Shown: positions 17,647 through 28,200 of the stretch, one piece after another
Numbering within the stretch: the stretch's first letter is position 1
Layout: each line of letters opens with the position of its first letter
Virus record (IMG/VR): IMGVR_UViG_3300044846_003365
Span: 1-64,000 of that record
Reading direction: 5' to 3' (one strand)
Length of the DNA stretch: 64,000 nucleotides
Origin: a virus
The notes under the pieces: model-generated
Databases searched by the model: none
What the model was told of the DNA's origin: nothing
What the model saw: only the letters and a program-made list of their open reading frames with translations
Made by a program: the position numbers and the translations under genes

Positions 17647-19683
17647 TTAGTACTCGATAGCGGCTGCGGTTGCTCCACCAGTGGTGTCGCGAAGTGCTGC
17701 AGCTACACCGTTGACCGAGATGGTCGAGGTAATCTTCAAGGACTCGATGCCAACCTTGGCAACGTTCTCGAAGGTCTCAATGAACATCTTGTAATCGTTG
17801 GTTCCAACCAGTGACGAGTCACGGATGATACCTAGGTCAAGAGTTCCACCATCTAGGAACAAGAATGTTCCCTCGGCAAATAGGAACCAGTCAAAGCTGT
17901 CTGGGAACTCAAGAAGAGCAGCAGTGCCCTGTGAGCCAAAGACAGTCGCGTCTAGAGAGGCTACTAGGTCAACGTTTAGGTTGGCTAGGTAACCGTTAAT
18001 CTCTGCACGAGATACTGATAGGGTTCCATCTCCTGGCATAGCTAGAGCTAGGTCAGCTGCCATAGCGTCGTATACCCAAGCTGGGATGATTGCCTTCAGG
18101 CGAGCCTGAGGGTCAATGCGGTGACGGCTACGGTAAGCAGTTGCTGCACGACGAATCTGGACTAGGAAGTCACGACCAAAACCGATTAGGGAAGTGGATG
18201 TAACAGCTGTCGAACCAGAACCGATGTTGGTCAGCAAGTTCTGCTCTGCCTCACGTGCGTGCTGTACTAGGGCTAGCTCGTTGTGACGGGCAATTAGCTC
18301 TGGGTAAGCACGAGTCATAAGGTTACCGAACTGTAGCTGTAGAGTTACAGCGTCAGTTGACACTGTGTTCTCTGAAGCTGCGGTTACGGTTAGGCTTAGC
18401 TTTGAGGATGGGCTTGGTGTCTCAGCTGAGTCATTTGCAGCAGTCCAGATGCCAACAGCGTTAGCGTAGGAACCAGCAGCAAAGCTCGGTGGGGTCACAA
18501 AGCGGATTCCGCCACGGTCAGCCTGGAAGCGAGGCAATGCATCGCGAACAGGGCGGTCAGTGGTGGAACCGATTCCGAAGATGTCATACTTAACCTCGAA
18601 TGGTGCAGCGTGTCCACCAGAAGCAACAAGTGCTTCCTGACCTACAACTGCATCAATCTTGGCTGAGTTTGCCTCGGCGTCGGTTGATAGAGTGCGCTCC
18701 TCTGGGAACGAGGTGGTTACAGATGCAACAATGTGCTGCTCTCCGTCTCCTCCATTTACACGACGAAGCGAGTGGATGCGCTTTTCCATAGCCGAAGCTA
18801 CTTCGTACATGTTCTTGATTTCTGTGCCAGCTGTATATCCAGGAATGTCGGCTCCAGCGGTAATTGCTACCTTTACTGGCTCCGAAACCTGAATCACAGG
18901 CTGACGGTCAGCTGGAGCTTGGAAGCTCTCTTCTGCTGCGGCGGTCACGGTTGCCTGCTCTTCCTGCGCCTCTGGCGCGGTTGGGGTTTCTTCAATTGTT
19001 GACTCTTCTGCTTCAGCTGCGACTTCTTCTTGCTCTTCGCTAGCATCTGCAACGACTGGCTCTTCAGCCACAGGCTCCTCAACAGCAGGAGCTTCAGTCT
19101 CAACCTCAACGGCTGGAACTTCTTCTTCTGTAGCTGGAGCGTCTTCAGTAACTTCTTCATCAGTTGAAGCTTCCTGAACAGTCTCGGTTTCAACAGCTAG
19201 TACTTCTTCAGTACTCTCTGCACTTTCTTCGGTTGAAAATTCGGAAATTTCCTCCGTAGCAATCGACGCGTCAACGGTCTCAGACTCGAATTTCTTCTTG
19301 TCTTCCTCGTCTTCTTTTTCTTCAGTCATAGCAGCCTCAGGTTTTTCCTCAGGCTCACCCTCTTCTGGCATTTCCTCTTCCGCTGGAACTTCTTCCATTG
19401 GAGTGTCCTCACCATCAGTGACCTCTTCGCCCTCACCCTTAACACGCATGGTTGCCTCAGCAGCTCGCGTAGCAAGCTCCTCAGCAGCAGCCTCGCGGTT
19501 CTGGACTTCGCTTTTAACGGTGTCCAGCATGTCAGCAAGTGACGTCATAGCGTCAACCGTTTCCGGAGTAGGTTCCTCAGATTCGACCTTTTCAAATTCG
19601 CTAACGATATCTGCCTGAAGCTGAGCAACTTGCTCGTCGCTCAAGTCAGCCAGAGTATCTACCTGCGACTTAATTTGGTCCAC
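17647..19683 (-). CDS. Major capsid (hexamer) protein with fused acidic N-terminal scaffold
   Basis: Start reassigned to GTG 19683 (AGGAG RBS). Long acidic linker, then LVASGG..APFEVKYD..DALPRFQADRGG..GTLDLGIIRDS. Confidence 0.85.
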   Translation of the reverse strand: MDQIKSQVDTLADLSDEQVAQLQADIVSEFEKVESEEPTPETVDAMTSLADMLDTVKSEVQNREAAAEELATRAAEATMRVKGEGEEVTDGEDTPMEEVPAEEEMPEEGEPEEKPEAAMTEEKEDEEDKKKFESETVDASIATEEISEFSTEESAESTEEVLAVETETVQEASTDEEVTEDAPATEEEVPAVEVETEAPAVEEPVAEEPVVADASEEQEEVAAEAEESTIEETPTAPEAQEEQATVTAAAEESFQAPADRQPVIQVSEPVKVAITAGADIPGYTAGTEIKNMYEVASAMEKRIHSLRRVNGGDGEQHIVASVTTSFPEERTLSTDAEANSAKIDAVVGQEALVASGGHAAPFEVKYDIFGIGSTTDRPVRDALPRFQADRGGIRFVTPPSFAAGSYANAVGIWTAANDSAETPSPSSKLSLTVTAASENTVSTDAVTLQLQFGNLMTRAYPELIARHNELALVQHAREAEQNLLTNIGSGSTAVTSTSLIGFGRDFLVQIRRAATAYRSRHRIDPQARLKAIIPAWVYDAMAADLALAMPGDGTLSVSRAEINGYLANLNVDLVASLDATVFGSQGTAALLEFPDSFDWFLFAEGTFLFLDGGTLDLGIIRDSSLVGTNDYKMFIETFENVAKVGIESLKITSTISVNGVAAALRDTTGGATAAAIEY

Positions 19684-19824
19684 TGTTTCTCCTAACGGGA
19701 CAGTTGTGTGGCGGTAGTTCCACCACATGCTGTGTCGGTATAAGGCAAAGGGACTGCACGCATAGAAGCGTGAGGCACTCCACCTATGAACTATTTTACA
19801 ATAGTTTTTTTGTGTTTATTATTA

Positions 19825-22800
19825 CTAAGTAAGAAGTCTCAGTAGCTTTGACATCTCGGAGGAAATCTCTCCCTGACTGTATAAGTCAGAGCCAGACTTG
19901 AACCCTCTAAGTGCCTCCGTAGCTACATCGGCGTCTTCCTTACCTATCTTGGCCTCTACCTTGGTAATCATGTCATCCATGAGGTCCCTTAGGGCAGGGG
20001 GTAAATCTGAGTAGCGAATCTTCCTAGCTTGGTTGTTAAACCCAAGGGGGAGGTTAGCTATAACTTTTCCTAGCTCAGCAGCTGAGCTACGAACATTTTC
20101 CAGTGAAACCTTATTTAAGGCACCACTATCTAGTCTGTCTACTATACCTATTAGTTTATCTGCAGCTTCAGCAGATTTGTAGTAGTCACCTAGTTCGTGC
20201 AAGTTTTCTATGCTTTTGACTTCTTCAACAATTTTCTGTAAACCAGCCGTGCCAAGGTTATTTTTAAGTCTGGCAAGAACTTTACGGAACTTGCCGTGCT
20301 CGTCGCGGGGCTGAGTTTTGGCGGTATAGATGCCAGTATCTTTCCTGCCGTCAGTGCCAACCCGCTCTTCTTCAGTAGGAGTTTCGCCGTTAACGATAGG
20401 TTCGCCCGTGTTAGGGTCAATTTCCTCTTCGTTAGCTAGCGACTCAACCTTGGTAGATTCAGCGCCAGCTTTCTTAGCTGGCGCTACTACTTTTTTTGGG
20501 TCAACGACCTCCTCAGGAGCAGCGTACCCGCCACTCGCAGAGACCGCATCAATTTTTGCTCGCATCGCATCTAGAGAAGCTGTAATGCTGTCTGAAGAAG
20601 CTGACTTCCAGTCCTGCGGAACCAAGTCGTACTTCTTTAGAGCACGTGCACGCTTGATAATATGCTTGCGCACTAGTGCACGCTTTTCTTTAGTAGTTCT
20701 TCCGTAAGACTGAATAGCATTCTTCAAATCAGAAGCATTTCTAATTGGGAATGAGCCGTCTGGCAACGCCTGACCCTTCTTTGCCAAACGCTGACGCATC
20801 TGAGAAGAGATAAAAGCAAAGTCATCGTAGTCTGTAGAGAACTCCGCTTTAGCTTCTGCAAATTTTGCCTTAATTGCCTGTAGCTCATCTGACTTCTCGG
20901 CTAGAAGGTTAGCTGTCTCTAACTTATTTAGCCTGTCAGTAAGTTCTGTTACTGGGTCACTCTTCATCTTGGCTAGAGTCTGAGCACCAGCTGCAACTAG
21001 AGCCATAACAGCACCAGAAGCAACACGAGCACGAGCGATTGGGAAGCCTGGAACGTTTACCTGACATACAGCAACTAGCTCAAGTGAGCCACGGATTGGT
21101 CTCCAGTCTCCAGAAGGAGCTGAAGCACGTGCTGCACGTACCTGCTCAGGGCTAATGCTTGGACGTAGCGCACCAGCTACCCAAATTCCGTAAGAATCTT
21201 CTCCAGCGTGTACATCTGCAAAAGCTGAAGCAGTGTCGTCGTAGTGCTTGACAGCCTCAGAAGCAGAGGCTTCAAGAGAAGCGTGTCCTCCAGCTAGGGT
21301 TAAGTTTCCAACTGCAACGTCTTCGCCAGTCTCAGTTCTGACTGCGCCAGTGTGAAAGTATGCGTAGTTAGAACGGCTACGTGGTGGCTTTACGCCTCTT
21401 GACATTCCAATGTGGTCAACATTCCAAGCTGCAATGTGACCGAATACTCTACCGTCGTCGGTGATTGTTAGTGGGGTTGCCTTGTCTAGCTTAGGGTCCT
21501 CGAACCACTCTTTAGGTGGGTTAAGAGGTACGGAGCTAGCAATAATGCCACAAGCGACTAGGCTATCGGCATAGTTTGGGTCCACATCCTCAGCGTATAC
21601 GCCGTCGGAAATCATGGGTTCCTCCTGATTAATCATAGTATCTTCCTCAAGATAAATCTTGCATTCTTGAAAAGCTGGCTTAGGTACTATTGTAATACCC
21701 ATTACCCTAGCCTTATTTATAACAATTTTGTCTTTACCTAAAGATTTGGAGTCTTCGTCAGTATCTGAAGCCTCGTTCTTGTGTTCGGTGGCCTCAAACT
21801 GGTCCATGTCGGCTGAAATGCCTTTAATGAAATTGTTTTTAATTAGGCGCACAACTTCTTTGGCATTGGCTCCGCTATCAAAGTATCCGTAGGCATTGCC
21901 AATTCCATCTTCAGTTCTTTCCATGTGGTCGATTCGACCAACTACAACTGAGCCATCATGTCCAGAACTAGTCTTGACCTGCCACATTAGAGGTAGAGGA
22001 AGCTCTCTGAAGGAGATAGCTCCCTTCTTAAATTTTCTACCGTCTCCAGACTCGACTTCTTCTGGAATAACCAAAGGAATACTAAACTTTGGACCTAGCT
22101 CGCTTTCTGAGCTAGCAACTAGCGATTCTTTGGTTATTGAAGACAGTATTTTATTGAATTTATTTCTAGCTTCGTTCTTCATAGCAATTTGACCAAACGA
22201 ATCTAGTACCGCAGTTTCTGAACTAACAATCCCGTTGCTAAAAGTGGCGAATCCGCCCTTACGACGACCAAAAATTTGCCTGTGCTTAGCGTCTCCAGTC
22301 CAAAGACCAGTAACTTCCTTGTGCCTTAAGGCGCAATAACCTTTAGCCCTTGGACCTAAGTACTTTGACAGATTTCTAACGCATCTGGTCCAGTCTCCTG
22401 GAGTGCCCCATCTAATCTTTAGGGCACCCTCCCCACGAGTCCAGTAGCGACGAAGTTCCTCTGCGTTTCCACGGTTTCTGTCTGCGCCACCTGCCGCCAA
22501 AAGTGATTCTGAATCTGCCAAAAATTGGCTTTCTGCACGCTTAATTGACTCTGCATTTGGGCCCCATAGAACCATCAAAGCTTGGTCGTAGCTAGCTGAA
22601 GCTTGAACTCCGTCTACCTGTAGTAGAACGCTGTTCAATTCTTCACCCTGTAGGGCAACTACTGGCGGTGGGGTAGGAGACTTAAGGTCAGCCAATACTC
22701 CATCGTCTTTTACCCACTTCTTTTCGTTGCGAGCGTAAGCAACTGGTTCGTTACTCTTATTAGTCGCTGGGACAATACTTACAAGCTTAAGAACTGCACT

Positions 22801-24507
22801 AGGGTCATCTTGAGGAACGATAGCGAAGTACATTGGCTCTACGTCAGATGTCTGAGGAGTTAGAGCTACTTCTTTTTGCTTACTTACTGGTGCTACAGTT
22901 TTTTCTTCTGCCTCTGCTGCAGAAACTACAGCAAAACTTTGAGCGTCTTTGTTATAGGCAGGCTTATTAGTAACTTGAGAAACTAAAGGATGAACTGGCG
23001 GGTAAGTTGTAGGCTTGCCTGGGTCCCAGTTGGCTGGGTACTGTAGGTAATCTTTTTTAACATAATCCATCTGAGGAAGATATGAAGCTCTTTGACTGTC
23101 AACCCATGCTCCCCAGTTTGTTAGAACTTGGCTTAAGTCGTCTGAAGTAAGAGCTGGCAAAGTTCCAGGAATCTGAGCCTGAGGCCTGTCAATAGGAGTT
23201 CTTGGCTCTCCTAAAATTCCAGAAGTGTCTAACGGCACCATATCAATAACGTCCTGCTGAGGAAGTGTGCCTATTGGGTCTTCCCCTTCTTGAAGCATCC
23301 TAATTTGAGAAGACGGGTAAGTTGCAGAGGTTCCGTCATCAAATTTCATAGTTACAGAATCGTTAGCTGAGTTAATGTTTGTAACTAATCCAACTCTGTT
23401 GTCAACAGTAGATGCACTTTTACCTGTTTTAGCAAATTTACCTGAGGCATCTCTAACTTGCTTAGAGGCATTTTGAGCTCTCTCTTCTGGGGTGTAGTTA
23501 CCGTCTTGGCTGGCTGGTGGAGCTTCTGTAGCTGAAACTACAGCGTCTACTAGCTCCCAGTCTTCTTCAAATACTGCAGCGGAAGCCATCATGGCTTCTT
23601 CTTTATCTAGGTCAAAAACTAAAACGTTAGAGAACGGTTCGTTCTGCATTCTGGCGCAAATGCTAATAGCAGATTCTGGGTCAATCTGAATGTGAGCTTT
23701 TTCGCAAGTGTCGCTTGGGTCGTCAAGCTCTCTGTCATAAGTCCAAACATCACCCTCGATGTGGCCCATGTTGTCCCAAGTTCCGTCGTCCCAGAGGTAG
23801 ACATTTCCAGTAATGTCAATTTTGTAGATTCTGTCAATGCCAGAACCATCTAGTCGAACGCGAGCCAAAAATTCTGGAGCAACGCTTTCGTCATAATCTT
23901 TTCCATACTTAAAAGAATTTAGGTCAGCTTTGTAATCTTCTTCATAGCCAGCAGAACGTAGGGCTTTTTTATTTTCACGCTCTACAATTGCAGACGCCCA
24001 GCGCTTTGCGGCCTCTCCACCCCAAAGTGCCCAAGCAATCCTTCCGTTAGATGGGAAGTTATCTTCTCCCATGTCCCAGCCCTTGCCTTTTTTATCTACT
24101 TCGTGGCGCGGGAAATACTTTGCAATGTGGCGTATTTTTTCAATACCAATTTGGCCACCCTTAGCTAGTCTGCGTGCTGTGTTCAGACCAACTGGGGTTC
24201 CTCCACGCTTTTCTTCTTTACGCCACTTGAGGGCTTTAATCGCTTCAGCTTTTACTCCAGCTGGAATTGTGTACATACGTGCAGACGCCAATACTGGCTC
24301 TGGAGAGATAGTGCTAAAAGCTGACTCTACTAAGTTAAGGATTTCAGCATTAGGTTCGTAAGTTGGCTTGTCCCACTTGCGTCTGCTTTGTAGAGCCTTG
24401 CTTGGTCCAGCTTCTACTACTAAGGTTAAGTCAGTGTCTACTACTATAGAGTGTTCGCCATTGGAAAACAGTGCTAGGGACTTTTGAAAACCTACAAATT
24501 TGAGCAT
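19825..24507 (-). CDS. Multidomain head morphogenesis protein containing the capsid maturation protease
   Basis: SGDGR..LPLPLMWQ..GHDGSVVVGRID..GISAD protease core (about 21650-22090). Also KIRWGTPGDWTRC, an ALPDGSFPI (DUF6582-like) module and an N-terminal IAWALWGG module. Confidence 0.8.
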   Translation of the reverse strand: MLKFVGFQKSLALFSNGEHSIVVDTDLTLVVEAGPSKALQSRRKWDKPTYEPNAEILNLVESAFSTISPEPVLASARMYTIPAGVKAEAIKALKWRKEEKRGGTPVGLNTARRLAKGGQIGIEKIRHIAKYFPRHEVDKKGKGWDMGEDNFPSNGRIAWALWGGEAAKRWASAIVERENKKALRSAGYEEDYKADLNSFKYGKDYDESVAPEFLARVRLDGSGIDRIYKIDITGNVYLWDDGTWDNMGHIEGDVWTYDRELDDPSDTCEKAHIQIDPESAISICARMQNEPFSNVLVFDLDKEEAMMASAAVFEEDWELVDAVVSATEAPPASQDGNYTPEERAQNASKQVRDASGKFAKTGKSASTVDNRVGLVTNINSANDSVTMKFDDGTSATYPSSQIRMLQEGEDPIGTLPQQDVIDMVPLDTSGILGEPRTPIDRPQAQIPGTLPALTSDDLSQVLTNWGAWVDSQRASYLPQMDYVKKDYLQYPANWDPGKPTTYPPVHPLVSQVTNKPAYNKDAQSFAVVSAAEAEEKTVAPVSKQKEVALTPQTSDVEPMYFAIVPQDDPSAVLKLVSIVPATNKSNEPVAYARNEKKWVKDDGVLADLKSPTPPPVVALQGEELNSVLLQVDGVQASASYDQALMVLWGPNAESIKRAESQFLADSESLLAAGGADRNRGNAEELRRYWTRGEGALKIRWGTPGDWTRCVRNLSKYLGPRAKGYCALRHKEVTGLWTGDAKHRQIFGRRKGGFATFSNGIVSSETAVLDSFGQIAMKNEARNKFNKILSSITKESLVASSESELGPKFSIPLVIPEEVESGDGRKFKKGAISFRELPLPLMWQVKTSSGHDGSVVVGRIDHMERTEDGIGNAYGYFDSGANAKEVVRLIKNNFIKGISADMDQFEATEHKNEASDTDEDSKSLGKDKIVINKARVMGITIVPKPAFQECKIYLEEDTMINQEEPMISDGVYAEDVDPNYADSLVACGIIASSVPLNPPKEWFEDPKLDKATPLTITDDGRVFGHIAAWNVDHIGMSRGVKPPRSRSNYAYFHTGAVRTETGEDVAVGNLTLAGGHASLEASASEAVKHYDDTASAFADVHAGEDSYGIWVAGALRPSISPEQVRAARASAPSGDWRPIRGSLELVAVCQVNVPGFPIARARVASGAVMALVAAGAQTLAKMKSDPVTELTDRLNKLETANLLAEKSDELQAIKAKFAEAKAEFSTDYDDFAFISSQMRQRLAKKGQALPDGSFPIRNASDLKNAIQSYGRTTKEKRALVRKHIIKRARALKKYDLVPQDWKSASSDSITASLDAMRAKIDAVSASGGYAAPEEVVDPKKVVAPAKKAGAESTKVESLANEEEIDPNTGEPIVNGETPTEEERVGTDGRKDTGIYTAKTQPRDEHGKFRKVLARLKNNLGTAGLQKIVEEVKSIENLHELGDYYKSAEAADKLIGIVDRLDSGALNKVSLENVRSSAAELGKVIANLPLGFNNQARKIRYSDLPPALRDLMDDMITKVEAKIGKEDADVATEALRGFKSGSDLYSQGEISSEMSKLLRLLT

Positions 24508-24575
24508 TAGTAGTTCCTTCTAACGTGTACCACTGGGAGACAAATAAACAACTTAAAACTCATTATAGTAGATTT

Positions 24576-25247
24576 TTAACCGTTTGATGTGTAGCTAAGG
24601 GCTTCTTCTACACTCATAGATGCATTTCTATCGTAGGTGTCTAAAAAGTCTTTAGCTCTTTCTAGGCTCAGTTCGGCAACAAATAAGTCTTCGTATTTTT
24701 CGTCAGACATGTCAGCCTTGGACCAGCCAGACTCCTGCCTAAAGTATGTGCCAGCTGAAGTCATGTAGATTACTTCCGTAATCATTCCAACATCTTCTCT
24801 ATAGTAAACAACCATACTCTCAAAGAAAGGCAAGAATCCCCCCTGAGGCACGCTAGAGCCAAGCTGTTGCTCAATAACAGGGCGAGACTCTAGGCTGACT
24901 TTAGACTCTAAAACCTCTACAGGCACTGGGACTTTGTACTTAGAAATCCAAGAACCGTCTTCTGAAACAAGCTTACGAATTAAGTAAACGTTAGTGTCGT
25001 CCTGAAATACGAGCTTGGTGGCAAACTCTCCAGCTGAGGCAACCTGAGACTTATCTAAGTCAAAGTACCTAATTCCGTTGCTGGAAGTTAGAACATAAGT
25101 CCCCTTACCTTCTTGGCTGTTGTCGTAGTAGACACCAATAATAGTTTCGTCAGACTCTTGAGCTCCAGACACAGAAAGTACGCCTAGAGTAGGAAACATA
25201 ATTTCTACTGACTCGTCAGTTATCCTAAAGTTTTCTTTCTTGGGCAT
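24576..25247 (-). CDS. Hypothetical protein in the head module
   Basis: 223-aa ORF coupled to the giant gene. Confidence 0.7.
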   Translation of the reverse strand: MPKKENFRITDESVEIMFPTLGVLSVSGAQESDETIIGVYYDNSQEGKGTYVLTSSNGIRYFDLDKSQVASAGEFATKLVFQDDTNVYLIRKLVSEDGSWISKYKVPVPVEVLESKVSLESRPVIEQQLGSSVPQGGFLPFFESMVVYYREDVGMITEVIYMTSAGTYFRQESGWSKADMSDEKYEDLFVAELSLERAKDFLDTYDRNASMSVEEALSYTSNG

Positions 25248-25251
25248 AACC

Positions 25252-28200
25252 TTACCTAACCGTATCCATCAATATTTGCTTTATTTCTTCCATTGTGTTG
25301 AGGTTGGCGTCATAATAAGAAGCCCTCTCAATACCATTTGCATCCTTATAAGCCATCTTATACAAGACAGAGCCGTCTGGCATAGTGACAGACTCTATGT
25401 AGCCAGCAGAAGAAGCCTTTAGCTCATCGCTAGTCTTGCCTTGAGCGCCTAGGTAGGCCACGCCGTCTGAACCTTCTTGCCACTTAAGTTGCTGAGGCTT
25501 CTTACCAGATACTGGCTTTTGTACAGCGTTACCTAATGAATCTACTGGTAGCGGAGCACTTCCGTCTGAGCGAGCCAAGACCTCTAGGTTCTTAGTAGTG
25601 ATTCTTCTAGAACCTCCACTAGTACCTGGGAATCTAACGTAGACGACATCTTCGTAAGAGTAAGTTCCACTATCTCTTTGATAGCTAATTCTTGTTCTCT
25701 TTGTGACGTATCCAACCTTAGTCACACCGTTGAAAGTGTGCCTAACCTTGTCTCCAACTCTAACAATGGTGTTTCCATCGCGGGATGGGTAAGGAACCAT
25801 GTTTGCGCCCGGAGCTTCTCGGTTTGCAACTATTCTCTCTACTACATCGTCTAGCTGAGAGCCTCTTAAAGCTGGGTTGTCTCTAAAGTTCTTAATTAGA
25901 TTGTCAATAAATTCTTGTCTAGCAGAACCTTCTGGCATCATGCTCATTTGGTTAGCAATGTTCTCAATCAGAGCGTCAACAACACCGTTACCAGTCTTTG
26001 GAATACCAGTGTCGCCGATAAACTCTGTGGAGTCACGTCCTTCAACGAACCTATTTGGTAGTAGCTGTCCAGTAGCTGGGTCAGTAGCTTCTGACTCTTT
26101 GTCAGAGGAGTTGTTGAACCAGTTGTTTGGGTTGGTTCCGTTAATTCCACGTCCACTAGTGTTTCCGTTTAGTAGAGCCCTTACCCTAGAAACTGTAACC
26201 TCTGGTGAGTGAGACTTGTCAGTAAATCTACCAACGCTAACGTCTCCTACTTGTTTGCCTTCGGCATCAATCTGGTACTGACGTACATAAGCAACAAAGT
26301 CATCATTAGGAGTCTTGTGAAGAACAACCTCGTACCTGAATACTCTGTTGTCACCTCTAGTCCTGCCTTGGAAGTCTCTGCTAGCAACAAGAATGTCACC
26401 ATTAGGTAGAACTTGGTGGCCCTCGAACGCCTGCTTAACAGCGTTAAGAACAATCTGGGGCTGGCCTAGGTTGGCTATCAATCTAGGAGAGTCAACAATT
26501 CTTGGGGCAACATCTTCAACCTGAGCTGGAACTTCTGGCTCAGGTGGGGTAGTAGTAGTTGGGGCTGGAGCAGTTCCCTCTTCTTGGTTTACAAACTCTG
26601 AAGCTCTTCTTAGAGCTTCTTCTTCAGTTTCGTAAACTTCAGTAGCAGTCGGGTCCAAACTTCTGTCAAAGCCAACTAAGTCATACTTTCCGTTTTCACT
26701 GTCAAAAGTAATGGTGACCATAGAGTGAGGGATTCCGTCTTCCTCTTCCGAGTGCTCTACTTGAATAGAGTCTTCTTCAGGTCTACGAATTACCAAGAAG
26801 CCTTCTGGCATTCCTAGAGCCTGAGCCTCGTCTAATCTTTCTCTCTGAACCTGAGAAACAAATGGCCTGTCTTCTCCAAGCTTCGGAACACCGTAGTACT
26901 CAAGCATCCCATCTCTACGGTACTTGAGCGTGTCTAGGGTTCTCTGCCTGTCAACGTCATCTCTAATAATGCTAACTAGCTGTTCTAGAATCTCGTCAGT
27001 TAGTGGAGCAACAACTTCGCTAACATAGCGCTTCATGTCTTCGCTATCTCTGTCAAAGATGTCGTTCTGACCAGATACGCTGTCGTAGTTAGGGAATGGT
27101 AGGGCGTAAGGTCCACCTTCAGCAGTCCTCTTAGAAATATTTAGAATTTCTTCCATAGAAGCTGACTCTGTAAATCCAGCTCCGTAGGCTTCTCTTCTTC
27201 CAGAAGGTGTGTAGAACATAGCTGAGCCATTGTCTACTCTGTAGACATTTCCATCTCCGCCAACAACCATGTTGTCTGAGTTGAAGTAAGCATCAAAATT
27301 GTTCATCAAAAGGTCTAGGGCTATGCCCTTTCTGAAGGCATCAATTCTTGCTTGGTCTCCAGACTCCATAGCGTCAGCAATGTGAGAAATAATGTTTTCT
27401 TGAGAGCGGAATATGAAAGGCGAAGCTAAGTAATTTTCATCACCGTCAATGGTAGCTCTCCTAATTTCGGAGGCATTAATTCCCATAGTTCTGTAGACAG
27501 CTGAAGCAAAAATTTCCATGTCAACTTGTCTAGAGAAGTCGTCTCCAAACATAGTGTGGGCAGCTCTCTTAACAACCCAGAAATTGCCTTCAGAGTCTCT
27601 GTAAACTCTGACGGGGTTAGAAGCTTCTGTCACCCCCATAGACTCATTTGAAGCAAGAGTATATGAATCGTCTAGTACCAAAGGCTCAGAGTTTGCAATC
27701 GACACAGCTTGACCAACCCTGCCTTCAGCTTCGTTTACTGGAGCTTCTGGCTCAGGCTTAGCTTCTTCTAGTTCTGTGGTCAAAACTTGCTCTGGGTTGT
27801 CCAGTAGTAAGTTATTCTTTAGCCAGTTTCTAGAAAAATCTAGAGCTTCGGCGTAGCTATCAAACTCTGAACTTTCTCTGAAAGAGTCAGCTCTGTCTCT
27901 AGAAAAAACAGCGTATTTGCCTTCTTCAAATCCGTAGTTAATTTGGATTTCTTGGCCTGATGGCATTGACATTCCAGCAATAAATTCATTCTGTTCAAAG
28001 TTAGCTGGGCCACTTGGCATGTTGCGAGACGTGTAGGCAAGTTCTCCACCTCTAGGGGTGACTATTCTTCCGCTCTGTACTTTCAATTCATTTGAAGTAA
28101 AGCTAAGACCATCTGGCGTAGCCACTGCTCTAGGTAGCTCATCTAGGCTTCTAATAGGCTCGTTAGTGATTGGGTTAACTGTAGCACCGTTAGCTATGCC

